64,000 nucleotides of DNA from Hemiscyllium ocellatum (taxonomy: Eukaryota): contig NC_083416.1 of NCBI RefSeq assembly GCF_020745735.1, positions 53,283,131-53,347,130 on the forward strand, given 5' to 3'. The first letter of the stretch is position 1. Every line of letters starts with the position of its first letter. The notes beneath the pieces are model-generated. The model was not told the origin of the DNA. It saw only the letters and a list, made by a program, of their open reading frames with translations, and searched no databases. Both the position numbers and the translations under genes were made by a program. Of this stretch, positions 22,879 to 37,055 are shown piece after piece.

Positions 22879-25800
22879 GAGCGGTGAAGAGAGAGGGCAG
22901 AGAAAACCAAGAGCTGCTCGGAAGGGTAAGTTTTCCCACTTAAAAAGGGATTTACCTCGGGAGTCGGGCCTCCATTTTTACGGAGCGGTGAGGAGAGAGG
23001 TGGAGAAAATTGAGTGCTGCTGGGAAGGGAGAGCGTGAGAACTGTTTTTAAAGGAGCAGCAGAGGAAGAGGTCACAGCGAAGAGCAGAGGGCTGCTGGGT
23101 ATATATTTGGGCAGCGGCTATAAATAGGGGGACAGATAGTATCCTTTGCAAGCCGGATCAGGGGTCCTGCATGGTATGTTGCCTGCCCGGTGCCAGGTTG
23201 CAGGACATCTTCGACTGGCTTGAAAGGATATTGAAGTGGGAGGGAGAAGATCCAGTTGTTGCGGTCCACGGTGACATTAACAACATTGGCAAGGCTAGGA
23301 AGGAGTACCTGATTTGGGATTATCAAGCACGAGGAAGGAAATTGAAGAACAGTTCCTCAAGGGTCATAATCTCTGGACTACTGTCCGAGCCACATGCTAA
23401 TTGACATAGGGATAAGAAAATTAGGAAGTAAACACGTGGCTAAGAGATTGGTGTGGGAAAGAGGGATTCCATTTCATGGGACATTGGCATCAGTTTTGGA
23501 ACGGGGGAGGATCTTTACTGATGTGACAGTCTCCACCTGAACCGATCTGGAACCAGTGATCCAGCAAAAAGGGTACTTAGGATGATCACTAGGACTTTAA
23601 ACTTGTGAGTCGGGGGAAGGGAAAGGGAAAGCAATAGGGAGTAAGGAGTCAAGTAGAAAGATAAGCAGCAGGTTACCATGTGTGTGGGGTTTAAGTTCAA
23701 AGCAGACTAAGAATGAAGCAAAACGAAAGGATAGCTTAGGACATATTACTGGAGATGTTGGAAATCATGAGGATAAGAAAATTAGCATTAAGGCACTTTA
23801 CCTGAATGCTCGTAATATTTGTAACAAAGTAGATGATTTAACGGCACAAATCATCGTGAATGACTATAATGTGGTAGGCATCACAGACACTTGGTTGCGG
23901 GGGCTCAGGACTGGCAGTTAAACATCCAAGGATTTACAACTTATTGAAAAGACAGGGAGATGGGCAGAGGGGGTGGGGTTGCCTTGTTAGTTAAGTACAA
24001 AATTAAATCAATGGCACTGAATGACATCAGGTCAGAAGATATGGAGTCTGTGTGGGTGGAGTTAAGGAACCACAGAAGCAAAAAAATCCATAATGGGAGT
24101 TATGTACCAGGAAATTGATAGGGCATGTCAGAAAGGCAACCTCACTGTGGTCATGGGAGACTTCAATATGCAGGTGGACTGGGTGAATAATGTTGCCAGT
24201 GGATCCAAAGAAAAGGAGTTCATGGAATGCTTACAGGATGGCATTTTGGAACAGCTTGTGATGGAGCCCACAGGGGAGCAGGCTATTCTGGACTTAGTGT
24301 TATGTAACGAGCCAGACTTTATACAAGATGTTAAAGTAAGAGAACACTTAGGAGGCAGCGATCATAACATGGCAGAGTTCAGTCTGCAGTTTGAAAGAGA
24401 GAAGGCAAAATTGGATGTAATGTGGTTACAGTTAAATAAAGGTAATTGCAGGAGCATGAGTGAGGAAATGATGAAAATCGACTGGAAGCAGAGCCTAGTG
24501 GCGAAGACAGTAGAGCAACAATGGCACAAATTTCTGGGTGTAATTGAGGACACAATACAGAGGTTCATTCCAAAGAAGAGAAAGATTATCGGGGGTAGGA
24601 GCCGAGATTAAACAGCCGTAGCTGACAAAGGACATCAGGAAATGTATCAAAGAAAAGGAGCGAGCCTATAAAGTGGCCAAGAGTACTGGGAAATCAGAAG
24701 ATTGGGAAGATTACGAAAATAAATATAGGATAACAAGGAAAGAAATAAGGAAGGAGAGGATCAAATATGAAGGTAGGCTCGCCAGTAATATTAGAAATGA
24801 TAGTAAAAGTTTCTTTTAATACATAAGAAACAAACAAGAGGCAAAAGTAGACATTGGGCCGCTCCAAGTTGATGCAAGAAGGCTAGTGCTGGGAGGTAAG
24901 GGAATAGTTTGAAGAACTTGATAAATACTTTGCCTCTGTCTTCACAGTGGAAGACATGAGTAATATCTCAACAATTAAGGAAAGTCAGAGGACAGAGTTG
25001 AGTATGGTAGACATTACAAAAGAGAAAGTGCTAGAAAAGCTAAAAATTGATAAATCTCCTGGCCCTGATGGGCTACATCCTCAAGTTCTGAGAGAAGCGG
25101 CTGAGGAAATAGTGGAGGCATTGGTTGTAATCTTTCAAAAGCCACTGGAGTCAGAGCAAGTCCCAGATGATTGGAAAATCGCTGTTGTAACCTCCTTGTT
25201 CAAGAAAGGATCAAGACAAAAGATGAAAAATTATAGGCCAATTAGCCTAACTTCGGTTGTTCGTAAAATTTTAGAATCCATCATTAAGGATGAGATTTTT
25301 AAATTCTTGGAAGTTCAGGGTCAGATGAGAACAAGTCAGCATGGATTTAGTAAGGGGAGGTCATGCCTGACAAACCTATTAGAATTCTTTGAAGAGGTAA
25401 CAAGTAGATTAGACCAGGGAAACCCAGAGGATGTTATCTATCTAGACTTCCAAGAGGCCTTTGATTAGGTGCCTCATGGGAGGCTACTGAAAAAGGTGAG
25501 GGGTCATAGTGTTCAAGGTGTGCTACTGCCATGGATTGGGGATTGGCATCTGACAGAAGGCAGAGAATTGAGATAAAAGGTTCTTTTTCGGAATGGCAGC
25601 CGGTGACAAGTGGTGTCCCACAGAGTTCAATGTTGGAGCTGCAGCTGTTCACTTTATATATTAATGATCTGGATGAAGGTACTGGGAGCATTCTGGCAAA
25701 GTTTGCCGATGATACAAAGTTAGGTGGACAAGCAGGGAGTACTGAGGAAATGGGGAGGTTACAGAAAAATTTACAGTTTAGGAGAGTGGTCCAGAAAATG

Positions 25801-26600
25801 GCTGAAGAAATTCAACCTGAGCAAATGCAAGGTCTTGCACTTTGGAAAAAGAACACAAGCATGGACTATTTTCTAAACGGTGAGAAAATTCATAAAGCCA
25901 AAGTACAAAAGGATCTGGAAGTGCTAGTCCAGGATTCTCTAAAGGTAAACTTGCAAGTTGAGTCAGTGATTAAGAAATTGAATGTAATGCTGTAATTTAT
26001 CTCAAGAGGGTTGGAATATAAAAACAGTGATGTGCTTCTGAGACTTTATAAAGCTCTAGTTAGGCACCCGGTTAGAATACTGTGTCAAATTTTGGGCTCC
26101 ACTCTTCAGGAAGGACATACTGACACTGGAGCGTGTCCAGCGGAGATTCACATGGATGATCCCTGGACTGGTTGGCCTAACATATGATGAACGGCTGAGG
26201 ATACTGAGATTGCATTCATTAGAGTTTAGAAGGTTGAGGGGAGATTTAATAGAAACTTACAAGATAATGCATGGCTTAGAAAGGGTGGGCACTGGGAAGT
26301 TGTTTCCGTTAGGTGAGGAGACTAGGACCCTGGGCACAGCCTTAGAATTAAAGGGGGTCAATTAAGAACGGAAATGAGGAAACATTTCTTCAGCCAGAGA
26401 GTGGTGGGCCTGTGGAATTCATTGCCACGGAGTGCAGTGGTGGCTGGGATATTAAATGTCTTCCAGGCAGATATTGATAAATTCTTGATCACACTAGGAA
26501 TTAAGGGCTAAGGGGAGAATGCAGGTAAGTGGAGTTGTAAATCTCATCAGCCACGATTAAATGGCAGAGTGGACTCGAAAGGTCTTATGGTCTTATGGTT
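22879..26600 (+). mobile_element. Near full-length CR1 LINE (5'UTR, partial esterase-type ORF1, APE endonuclease + RT ORF2; inactivated)
   Basis: ORF1: VCCLPGARLQD..EDPVVAVH. Endonuclease: LYLNARNI, VVGITDTWL, VMGDFN, LGGSDHN. RT: YRPISLTS, KFADDTKLG. Tail (GGTCTTAT)n. Multiple stops and frameshifts. Confidence 0.9.
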
Positions 26601-27124
26601 TTATCTCTAGGCCGATTAGCCTAATATCTATTATTGGCACATCTGGGGGACGTTTATATGAATCACAAAAAGCGAATACATAGATGCAGCAGGTAATCAG
26701 GAAGGCTAATGGAATATTGGTCCTTATTTCAAAGGGTTTGGAGTATAAGATAGGGAAGTCTTACTTCTTCTGTACAAGGTACTCTTCAGACCACATCTGA
26801 AGTACTGTGAGTGGTATTGATCCCCTAATTTAAAACAAACATTTCATTAGAGGTAATTCAGAGAAGGTTAACTAGGATGATCCCAAATATGGAGGAGTTG
26901 TCTTATGAGCAAAGGCTACATATGTTGGGATTCTACTCATTGAAGTACAGCATAGAAGAATGAGAGGTGATCTCATTGAAATAACTGGATTCTTAAGGGA
27001 TTGACAGGGTAAATGTGAAGAGCTAGTATTCCCTTATGGGAGTGTCTAGGACCAAAGGGCATAATCTCAAAATAAAGATGTGTCAATTTAAGACTGAGAT
27101 AAGGCAGAATTTCTTCTTTCAAGG

Positions 27125-27400
27125 AATCATCGAATCCCTATATTGTGGAAGCAGGCCATTCAGTCGACACTGACCCTCCAAAGAGCATCACACCCATACC
27201 TGTAGCCCAGTATTTCCCATGTCTAATCCATCTAGCCTGCACATCTTTGGACTGTGGGAGGAAACTGGAGCACCTGGAGAAAACCTACACAGATACAGGA
27301 GAGTGTGCCAATGCCACAAGGACAATCGCCCAAGGGTGGGCTTGAACCTGGGTCCCTGGGGTAGTGAGGCAGTGGTGCTAACCACTGAGCCACTATGACA
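27125..27400 (-). mobile_element. Diverged HE1-type SINE
   Basis: Minus-strand head AGTGGCTCAGTGGTTAGCACC...GGTTCAAGCCC and V-domain. Confidence 0.8.
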
Positions 27401-30400
27401 TCTCAGAGGGTTGTGAAATTCCTTGCCACAGAGAGCTATAGGAGCAGCTGAGAGGCTGAGATAGATAGATTCTTGATCAGTAGGGTAATCGAAGGCTACA
27501 GGATAAATGCAGTAAAGTGAACACAAGGAATGTTGGATCAGCCATGATCCTATTGAATGGCTTGCAAAATGGCCTATTCCTGTTCCTATATCTTCTGGTC
27601 TCATTATCTGTGCAATAAAACAGTAATAAAGAGCCATAATCTATTCCACTGTAATGAGATCGTATTTAGCTTAAATACAAGAAGTCCTCTGAATCTACAA
27701 AGATTGAACATTTCTTTGTGCAAACTTTTGTCGATCTTTAATCTTTTCACAGCCCTGATTGACTGATTTTTCAATGTCTGTGGTTTCTTTTTATAAACTG
27801 TTGAAGTAATTTCAGTCAGGAATCGACATTCCATTGTCTCGCGCAAACAGCAAGGACCACAGTGAGTTCAAATTGAGAAGGCTATTGTAGCAAATGTATA
27901 TGATCAAATAACAATTTATATTTCATTGTTGCCAGGTTCAAAAAGCCCATCTGAAATTCAGTTGTTATCTGCAAATTTGCTGTCCTTTTAATTCAACCAC
28001 ATTACACATGCTTTAATACAAACACAAATTTTAAAAAATCATATCCAGATTCCTTCTGTGGAGAAATTATCAAGAATTCTGAAAACATTATCTTCCATGA
28101 AACATTGTTTTATTCCATGCTACATGAATGGGAAGAAATGAAACAAGGAACTGGGGTATGAAGCTGGTACAATCAATAAAATATTGCATTGTAAATGTTG
28201 CTGAAGGATTTGAGTGAATAGAATATTTCACTTTTTCTGGAGAAGAAATAAATTACTTGAATTAATAATTGTGGAGGGAGATAAAGGCGCTGGACTGGAT
28301 AGAGTAAGTGCTAAGAGTGAGAACCCTGACACTATTCCATAATTTGTCATGTCCACCTGCATCAAAGAGGTGATAAATGCTCCTGGGATTGGGACAGAAA
28401 ACTTAGTAGTTTTATCTCTACCCAGGGAAACGCAGGAGCAATAGACATGTGGTTAGTAGGATGTTAATGGTGCTGGAAGCCATTGGCTATATGCATGGGG
28501 CTCTGTCAGTCTAACATATTCACAGGGATAAATCACAACTGCAAGGGCTACCATTCACTGAACATGTAGCTAGTGTGCAGCCATTCAAGCGCAAATTGAT
28601 GAAAGACAATTGCTAGTAGCAATCTTGCTGCATTAATCAACCATTCCTGTAATTTTTTATCATGATGATGTACCAAAGATGGGCAATTTGGTGGCAAGGG
28701 CTTTTCACTTTACATGTGGCTTATGACTGTTGTATCTGATCATGAATTAATAGCAAGCATATAACATTGTGGAGCAGATGATTAACATTATGAACAACTA
28801 TTCCATTGGAAATCCTTTCGACATATTTACAAATTTGTGATGGTCTGCTGCATTGTCTACAAAATTGCCCTCACGGGGCACGGCCTTGCCAGAAGAGTGG
28901 CAATATGTAGGAGAAGAGGCAGAAGAGGAAGAGTTGGTGGTGAGTTGGCTTTGAGAGTTTCCCAGACGTTGATTCTTTGATAAACTCATTGTCACATCAT
29001 CATTGCTCTACAGTTCCAGAGCCTTTTCATCAATCTGCCACATGTCACCACTTCATCCTCTTGGCTTAAATCCTGAAATGAAAGACAGCACAAAGTGAAC
29101 CTTTTCATAGCAGTTTTCTCTGACAGCATTTCCAATAATATGTACAAAATCAAATGATTCACCATTCTGCATTTCTTAGCTGCCTGTTTTGAAGGTGCTT
29201 TTGTCTGGCCTAGTTTCATATGTAGTGTCAATGGCTGCAACACATCTGATAGAAAGCTCATAACCTTCAATCTATTGGATTCATATGTGATGTCACACAC
29301 AACCTCACTCTCCAGAGAGTAGACACATGAGCTATTCTTTCTCTCTGGCCCGGCTGCAGCCCATTTGTGCACTAAAGCGATGATGCTATCTCAATTCCAC
29401 CTTCTAAGTTATATTCAGCACCATTTTCTGAGTCTGTGACTCCAGTAACATTATTTCTCTTGCTATTGCTCTTGTCGTCACAGTGAGACACCACTAACTG
29501 GTCAAGTAGCAGATCTTGGGCATCTGAAAGTAGAAATGCAGAAAAGGAGGTTGAAGTGAGGGAAAGCATTGTGGCAGGTGGAAAACTGGAAAGTCATGGT
29601 CAAACCCTCTGCAGCTCATACTCCATTCGAGCAGGAAAGGTTGAATCAGGATTTTAAAAGTGTATGAGACAGGAGCATGTCTTCATCTGAAAATTCTCAG
29701 CAGTGCAGAATGCAAAATCCACAATCACTACTAGATCAATAATTTGCAGCATTTTCTCCAATAGGGTTCAAGACATGGCAGGTTTGCCGGTTGCCTGTGA
29801 GATCTGTACTATTCTCTTCCATCATATGCTGTCTTGTCCTTCAGGAGTAGGAAAGAATGTCTGTAAGTATACTGTAATATGTTGGGGTGATATGCCTGAT
29901 ATAGCTGAATAGCTGTTAGCATGTGGAAACAGAATGAGGCTCTGCCAGTCTATTGATAAGTGTGTGAGGGTGAGTGCAGCAACAGATGTTGGGCATGAAT
30001 CTTGGAATACCAGATTACTGATGGCGGAGTGATGGGTTATGTGCATTGCATAGTGTGAGATATTGGTGATTCGATGGATAACAGAAGGCTGAAGTTCTGA
30101 GAAAGGGTCACCAGATCCGAACGTTAACTCTGATTTCTCTGCACAGATGCTGAGCTTTTCCTGCAACTTCTGTTTTCATTCTCTTCAAGAGGAACAGGTT
30201 GCCTTTAAGAAATGTTATCTGGCTGCAATTTGATCGATTGATTGATTGTTGCCACCTACCAAGATACAGTGGAAAGTGTTGTTTTGTATGTTACGCAGGC
30301 AGATCATACCATACAAAGTCTATTAGGGCAGCAGAACAGATTGCAGAGTACAGTGCTGCAGCTGCAAAGAAGATGCAGAGAGAAAGATCAATATTAACAT

Positions 30401-30552
30401 TTGAGAGATCTATTCAAAGGTCTGATAACAACCAAGGAAGAAGCTTTTCGTGTATCTGATCGTACATATATTCAAACTTTTATATCTTCTGGCTGACGGA
30501 AGAGGGTGGAAGAGAGTATAACTGGAAGGGGTCTTTGATTGTGTATACAGTT

Positions 30553-31691
30553 AAAAATTACACAACACCAGGTTATAGTCAACAGATTTAATTGGAAGCA
30601 CACTAGCTTTTGGAGCAATGTTCCTTCGTCAGGTGATTGTGGAGGGCTTGATCGTAACACAGAATTTATAGCAAAAATTTGCAGTGTGATGTAACTGAAA
30701 TTATACATTGAAAAATTGATTGTCTATTAAGCCTTTCATCTGTTAGAATACAGTGATAGTTTCACTTTTTCATGTGTAAATCACAAAACCCTTCTTTTTA
30801 AAGTTGCATTCTCGGGTTAGCTCCTAACAATGGTGATAGCTAGGCAGTATGTTGAAGGTGTTAGCCCCCGTGTTCTCTGTCTATGACCTGATGTTTAGAT
30901 TGATTCTAATCTAATACGTGAGATAACAGTGCTTTACACAAATTCCTGCAGTTTTTGAGCTCAGAGTTCTACATGAATATATGCAGTCTTTGAGCAGAGT
31001 GCAATGTAACTCTGCAATACAAATTCACCCCACAAAATGTGTGTGTGTGTGTGTGTGTGTGTGTGTTCAAAGTTTGGGAGAAGATTTGTAGCTCGGGTGC
31101 TCATTGTTGTGATTCTGTTCACCAAGCTGGGAATTTGTGTTGCAAACGTTTTGTCCCCTGTCTAGGTGACATCCTCAGTGCATGGGAGCCTCCTGTGAAG
31201 CGCTTCTGTGATGTTTCCTCCGGCATTTATAGTGGTTTGTCTCTGTCGCTTCCGGTTGTCAGTTGCTGTCCGCTGCAGTGGCCGGTATATTGGCTCCAGG
31301 TCGATATGTTTGTTGATAGAATCTGTGGATGAGTGCCATGCCTCGAGGAATTCCCTGGCTGTTCACTGTTTGGCTTGCCCTATAATAGTAGTGTCGTCCC
31401 AGTCGAATTCATGTTGCTTGTCATCTGCGTGTGTGGCTACTAAGGATAGCTGGTCGTGTCGTTTCGTGGCTAGTTGGTGTTCATGGATGCGGATCGTTAG
31501 CTGTCTTCCTGTTTGTCCTATGTAGTGTTTTGTGCAGTCCTTGCATGGGATTTTGTACACCACATTGGTTTTGCTATTGCTGGGTTTCAGGTCCTTCATT
31601 CTGGTGAGTTGTTGTCTGAGAGTGGCTGTTGGTTTGTGTGCTGCTATGAGTCCTAGTGGTCGCAGTAGCCTGGCTGTCAGTTCGGAAATGC

Positions 31692-31723
<32 letters not shown>

Positions 31724-31960
31724 TGGGTGCAGAGTGTCTTAAGTCTGCGAGGGGGTGCATGTGTGAGCGTGGGAGTGTGTGTGTCCAAAAGGGTGTGTGT
31801 GTGAGTGTCTGTGGCACGTCTGTGTGTACCTGTGTCCGTGTGTATGTGAGAGTTTGTGTGTTTAGGAATATCTATGTGTATGTGTAGTGCAATGGTGATC
31901 ACCTGTAATGTGACATGAACCCAAGGTCCCGGTTGAGGCCCTCCCTATGGGTACCGATTT
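30553..31960 (-). mobile_element. Penelope family B 3' end (ORF C-terminus GTHREGLNRDLGFMSHYR* plus terminal repeat), interrupted
   Basis: Homologous to 20362-20940. Decayed hammerhead CTGACGA..CTCCAAAAGCTAG on the minus strand at ~30603-30635. Confidence 0.85.
31067..31692 (-). mobile_element. Penelope-like element family C (GIY-YIG endonuclease C-terminus), nested in a (GT)n tract
   Basis: KTNVVYKIPCKDCTKHYIGQTGRQLTIRIHEH...HEFDWD. Flanked on both sides by (GT)n. Confidence 0.9.
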
Positions 31961-32599
31961 TGTAGGTTGCTTTCCTGAGGTAGTAGAAGATGTAGATGGA
32001 GTCAATGGAAGAGTTTATGTGATGGACAGGGCTGCATTCACGACTCCTTTTTTTGTGGTCTTGGGAAAACTATTTGCCAAACCACGCTGGAATGCATCCA
32101 TACAGGATGCTTTCTATGGTGCATCAATAAAACTTGGTAAGATCCGTATGGACATGCTGAATTTCCTTAGCCTCCTGAGGAAGTAGGGAGGTTGTCGTGC
32201 TTTCTTGATCGTGGGTTGACCAGGATAGTTTGTTGGTGATCATGAGTTGGTTATGCATTTTGTACTGGGTAGCACATCCTAATCATTGAAATGCATGATG
32301 TTTACATGTTGTCTGTATAATCTCAACTGGGCCTAGCATAATCATTCCTCATGATACCCACACCTCTCTAACTAAATTTTAGCAGAATACATTTAAAATG
32401 AATCAGAACCGAAAAAGAAAAGGGGATGAGATAAATGAAATAAGCTGAGAAATATTATTGAAGTAGAAGAATCAGACATGGGACACACTCTAATCGGGGC
32501 CTGGACACCATAAGCTATAGCAAAAAATGTATGACAATCACAAGAGACTATCACCAATGGTGGGAACAATTGCTGCACCTTTTAACTAGGTTCTGGGTG

Positions 32600-34050
32600 T
32601 TGAGGTGGAACTCGAGCTAGACAGCAGTGAATTGCTTATCAAGGGTGATTATTGCTTGTTAATGACCTTATTAACTACCCTTCTGACCTTATAAATATGC
32701 AGGTTCCCTGATTTACCACCTGCTGTGAGCAAATGAGTTGCAAAGAAATTTTGACATGCAAGTTAGAGCAGGTACCTGGTGACTTCAGCTCACTGCTCAT
32801 TCTGAAGGATCACCAGGATGGAATCCAGCTGCCAGCATCCTAAGGGCACTGATAACGTACACCTCATGTCCATGGTGATTAGCATCCATCATGTGCCAGC
32901 CTTGAAGAAGCTTCATTGCTCAACTCTAATCCATGCACAGTTTCAATGCATTACAACTATGTTTGTAATGCTGCAGCAAGGATAGTTTGCTTTCAGTGAC
33001 ATGCACCCAGTTCATAGTCTGGGCCACACTGCATCTCCATCTGTTTACTTGGTCTCTTAGCACTCATTCACTTTGAGCCTATCCAGATGTTCATAGTAGC
33101 CCTGTGTTGCCTTGCCTTTTTGTGCCTTGCTCCTTCAGTCTCAAAGAACTGCTATTTTGCTGTTTAGCACAGACACAAAGCTAGGAAGCTTGTCATGGTT
33201 CCAGTGGTCCTCAGTTAAGTCAAAACGGATAGCCCTCACACATGGGTCCTGGAACATTAAGCCAAGGATAGTTTCCAATATCAGCTCAGGGGCTTGGACA
33301 CAGTCAGCTCTTATGATGGTCAGTGTCAGGATCTTCTCCACCTTAAGAGTGAGGAGACTAATGTCAGCCATCATTCTTCTTGGCTCTCCCTGTCCCACTG
33401 TGGGCCATTTTCCACCTGGAATGAGAGAAAGGCAAATGTTAAGGGGATAAAATTGGTTAACGCCCCATAAGTGAGGTTGCGGCATTGTCCCAAGTGAGTG
33501 TTTAGGCAGTGCAGAAGGCATACATGGTTAGTGCTGTCAGGCGTTGAAATGAGTAAAAACAAGTGACAGAAGTTGTTGCAGGAAGTAATAAGAATGGGAG
33601 TTGGGTGCAATAGCCAAGATAGAGTGAGTGTGAGGTATTGGAGGGAAAATGCTGGCATTTATACTGATCAAATGGAGAAGAACATTGACCTCTTCATATC
33701 TTGCTGTGCATTTCTCCAGACTGAAACCGCACTGACCTGGGTGGCAATGTTAAAGGAGACCAGTAGGATCTGGTGTCATGGCCTCCACTGCTGGTCCTGA
33801 GGGAAGTAAACTTCACTCGTCAGCACTATTCATCGAGCAGGACCTTCAGGTCCTTGCCTTCAAAAATAGGGGAGCCAATGTACCCTTGTCTGCCTTATTG
33901 GTTCATTTCAGAATATCTAGGTAGTGGCAAGCTGTTCCAGGAATAGTGAGTGATAGAATGGGACTAGAATTGTATAAAAGGTGCAGCATATGTGGGGACT
34001 AGGTAGTTAATGGAGTGACTTTGATACATGAGCGATCTCACGAGGCCCTG
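32600..34050 (-). mobile_element. Harbinger-type DNA transposon relic, Myb/SANT-like DNA-binding gene
   Basis: Across frameshifts: APLF..DLKVLLDE, IATQVSAVSVWRNAQQDMKR, then after a probable intron ..ADISLLTLKVEKIL. Resembles MSANTD-type trihelix proteins. Boundaries uncertain. Confidence 0.55.
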
Positions 34051-35757
34051 TGGGAAGAAACCCTCCAAAAACCTTGACATAATTTGTATCGAGCAAATAA
34101 AACGTAAGATATAGCCCATGGAAACTAATTCTTTACATTTGCCATATGAGTAACTGGAAATGAGTTACAACAAACGAAAAGACAATTATATAATCCAAAT
34201 TGAGCTCTTAGTGTAATAATTAGTTCAATTTCTATTCTGTAAATTCCCCCTTCATTTTAATTAGTACTTAGCGTGTTTTTAACGTTTTACTAGCAAACAG
34301 AATTAAGATATAATAATTTGAAGAAATACAACATTTTGACAAAATATATTTAATATCTAAGTCTTCTCTTCTGCATGAACACTGCTCTACAGTGAAACAT
34401 TATTTGCTCATTTGTCTGGCGACACTAAAACCTGATGTTACTTTGAGCTTTGGGAATTCAGACTCCACAGGCAGGTAATGCATCATAAATAACTTATTAA
34501 AAGGCTATGCACAATCTGATGTACAAATATGACTCATAAATCCATTGGCCAAAGACCTGCCAGGTTACATACTAGTGACCTGCCTGTCCTCAGCATCACT
34601 TCACATAATGAGGTACAAAGTCCCAAAACATATTTCTTCATTGTTCTATTTTTACTGTTGTCTTTTACACCATTTTTGGCGATTTCTGTTCATTTTGTTC
34701 AGATATTCTCAATCAACATTAAACTCTGATCATGTCCTCTCCTTGCTCATCAGTTTACTCAGAGTAATCATATCCCATTTTAATTTGTCTCAAAAGGCAT
34801 TGTTTCATTTTTATGTGGTTAATAAATTAGCACATATTGATTTGTTTTGTAGAATGCTTACCCCACTGAAAAGTAGTTTGTCCACTGAGGGTTCCAGATA
34901 ATGGGCAATTTACCTGCAACATGGTGTCCTACCCTACCTGGATCTCAACTACCTGAGTGATCTCAGCACTCACAACCCATAATAGGCCTCCAGCCTCCGG
35001 TCATTACATTGATGGCCATGAACACACTCAGCTGGATTCGCATTGAGAGTCTGCATGTTCCATGGCAGAGACTGTATAGTCCATGCCAATCCAAACTTGC
35101 AGTCAATTATTTTGTGCCTCTCCGCCTTTGAACTTAAAACCTCAGAAAGTTGACCAGGAACTCAGTGGCTCCAACTTTGACCACTTCCAGTCTTATGATG
35201 ACCAGCATAACGGTGAAGCAGAACACCGTGAGAAAGGTGGCACTGAGCGGTGGTCCCCACACCAGGAAGCTGGTCACTGGCTCTGTTGAAAGTATAAGGC
35301 TGAGGCCAAGGGGCTATCCAATAAATATTGGAGAAGTTGACCATCCTGACTGGCAGTCTATGTGGAAGCAGCAACCCTCAGCATGTTAATAGTTATCGAG
35401 CAATCAGAAGAAATTAAATCTGTTCCCTTTGGCTCATTTCCACAGGGCTGGGAACGTAGAAGATTTATCTACATTATGCCTTGTTTATTCCATTTTATGT
35501 TATATTTTGGGACTTAAAATCTTTGATTCTGAATGCAACTCCTGATATAACATGCCATCTGCATTCTCTCTAATTTTTACTGTTGCTGTAGGTCCATGCA
35601 GCATGCGGCTCTGAGGGAGCTTTGTGTATCATATGAGTGATCTCAAACAGACCAACAGACTCCATGTTCCCTCTTCAAGGTCACCTGGAGGTGAGAGTAT
35701 TTGTGGCAGAGAGGAAGGCAGTTGTATTGAATGGCGCCCTCAACTGCCCACTTCCTG

Positions 35758-37055
35758 GGGAAAGTGAGGACTGCAGATTTTGGAGAGTCAGAGTCGAAAA
35801 GTGTAGCACTGGAAAAGCACATCAGATCAGGTAGCATCTGAGGAGCAGGAGAGTTGACGTTTCGGGCATAAACCCTTCATCAGGAATTTGGAGTGGGGAA
35901 AGGGGGTGCTGAGAGATAAATAGGCTGGAGTGTAGAGTAGAGCAGATAGGTGGGAAGGAAGATGGACAGGTAGGACACTTCAAGAGGGTGGTGCCAAGTT
36001 GGAGGGTTGGATGAGGTAGGAGGAGGGGAGATTAGGAAACTAGCGAGTCAATGTTGATAACGTGTGGTTGAAAGGTCCCAAGGCAGAAGTGAGATTTTCT
36101 TCCTCTAGTCGTTGGGTGGCTTAGATATAGCGGTGGAGGAGGCCCAGGACTTAGATGTCCTTGGCAGAGTGGGATGTTGACGTGAAGTGGCCAGTCACAG
36201 AGTGCCAGGACTGTTTGGTCCGTGTGTCCTGGAGATATTTCTTGAAACGTTCTGCGAGTTGGCATCCTGTCTCCCCAATGTAAAGGAGATCACATTGAGA
36301 GTAAAGGACACAGTAGCTGAGGTGGGTGGATATTTGGGGTGGCACGGTAACTCAGTAGTTAGCACTGCTGCCTCACAGCACCAGGATGCCAGGTTCGATT
36401 CCAGCCTCAGGCGACTATCTGTGTGGAGTTTCCACATGTCTGCATGGGTTTCCTCTGGGTGCTCAGGTTTCCTCCCACAGTCCAAAGATGTGCAGGTCAG
36501 GTGAATTGGTCATGCTAAATTGCCCATAGGGTTGGGTGCATTAGTCAGAGGGAAATGGGTCTGGGTGGGTTACTCTTCGGAGGGTCGGTGTGGACTGGTT
36601 GGGCTGAAGGGCCTGTTTCCACACTGTAGGGAACCTAATCTACTATGCAGGAAAATTGCTGCCAGATGTGAAAAGATCCTTTGGGATCTCAGATGGAGGT
36701 GATGGGGGAGGTGTGGGTGCAGGTTTTACACTTCTGGCGGTGGCAAGGGAAGGTGCCGGTGTGGAAGATGAGTTGGTCCGGAGCGTGGATCCAGCGAGGG
36801 AGTCATGGAGGGAATGGTCACTGCGGAATGCAGGGGAGGGAAATATATCTCTGGTGATGGGTCTGATTGTAGGTGGCAGAAATGATGGAGGATAATGCAC
36901 TGTCTTCAGAGATTAGTGGAGTGGAATGTGAGGACCAGGGGATTTTATCCTTGTTGTGGTTGGAGGGGTGGGGTTCGAGGGTGGAGGTGCAGGAAGGGGA
37001 GGAGATGTGCTGGAGGGCATTGCTGATCACATGGGAGGGGAAATTGCAGTTCCAC
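35758..37055 (-). mobile_element. Penelope family A fragment (GIY-YIG region plus terminus with hammerhead motif 35852-35887), interrupted by HE1
   Basis: QCDLLYIGETGCQLAERF..HFTSTSHSAKD. Minus strand ATTC-CTGATGA-A-GGGT(TTAT)GCCC-GAAA-CG-TC. Confidence 0.85.
36336..36645 (+). mobile_element. HE1-type SINE
   Basis: A/B boxes (GGTTCGATTCC), V-domain and GGGCTGAAGGGCCTGTTTCCACACTGT tail. Confidence 0.88.
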
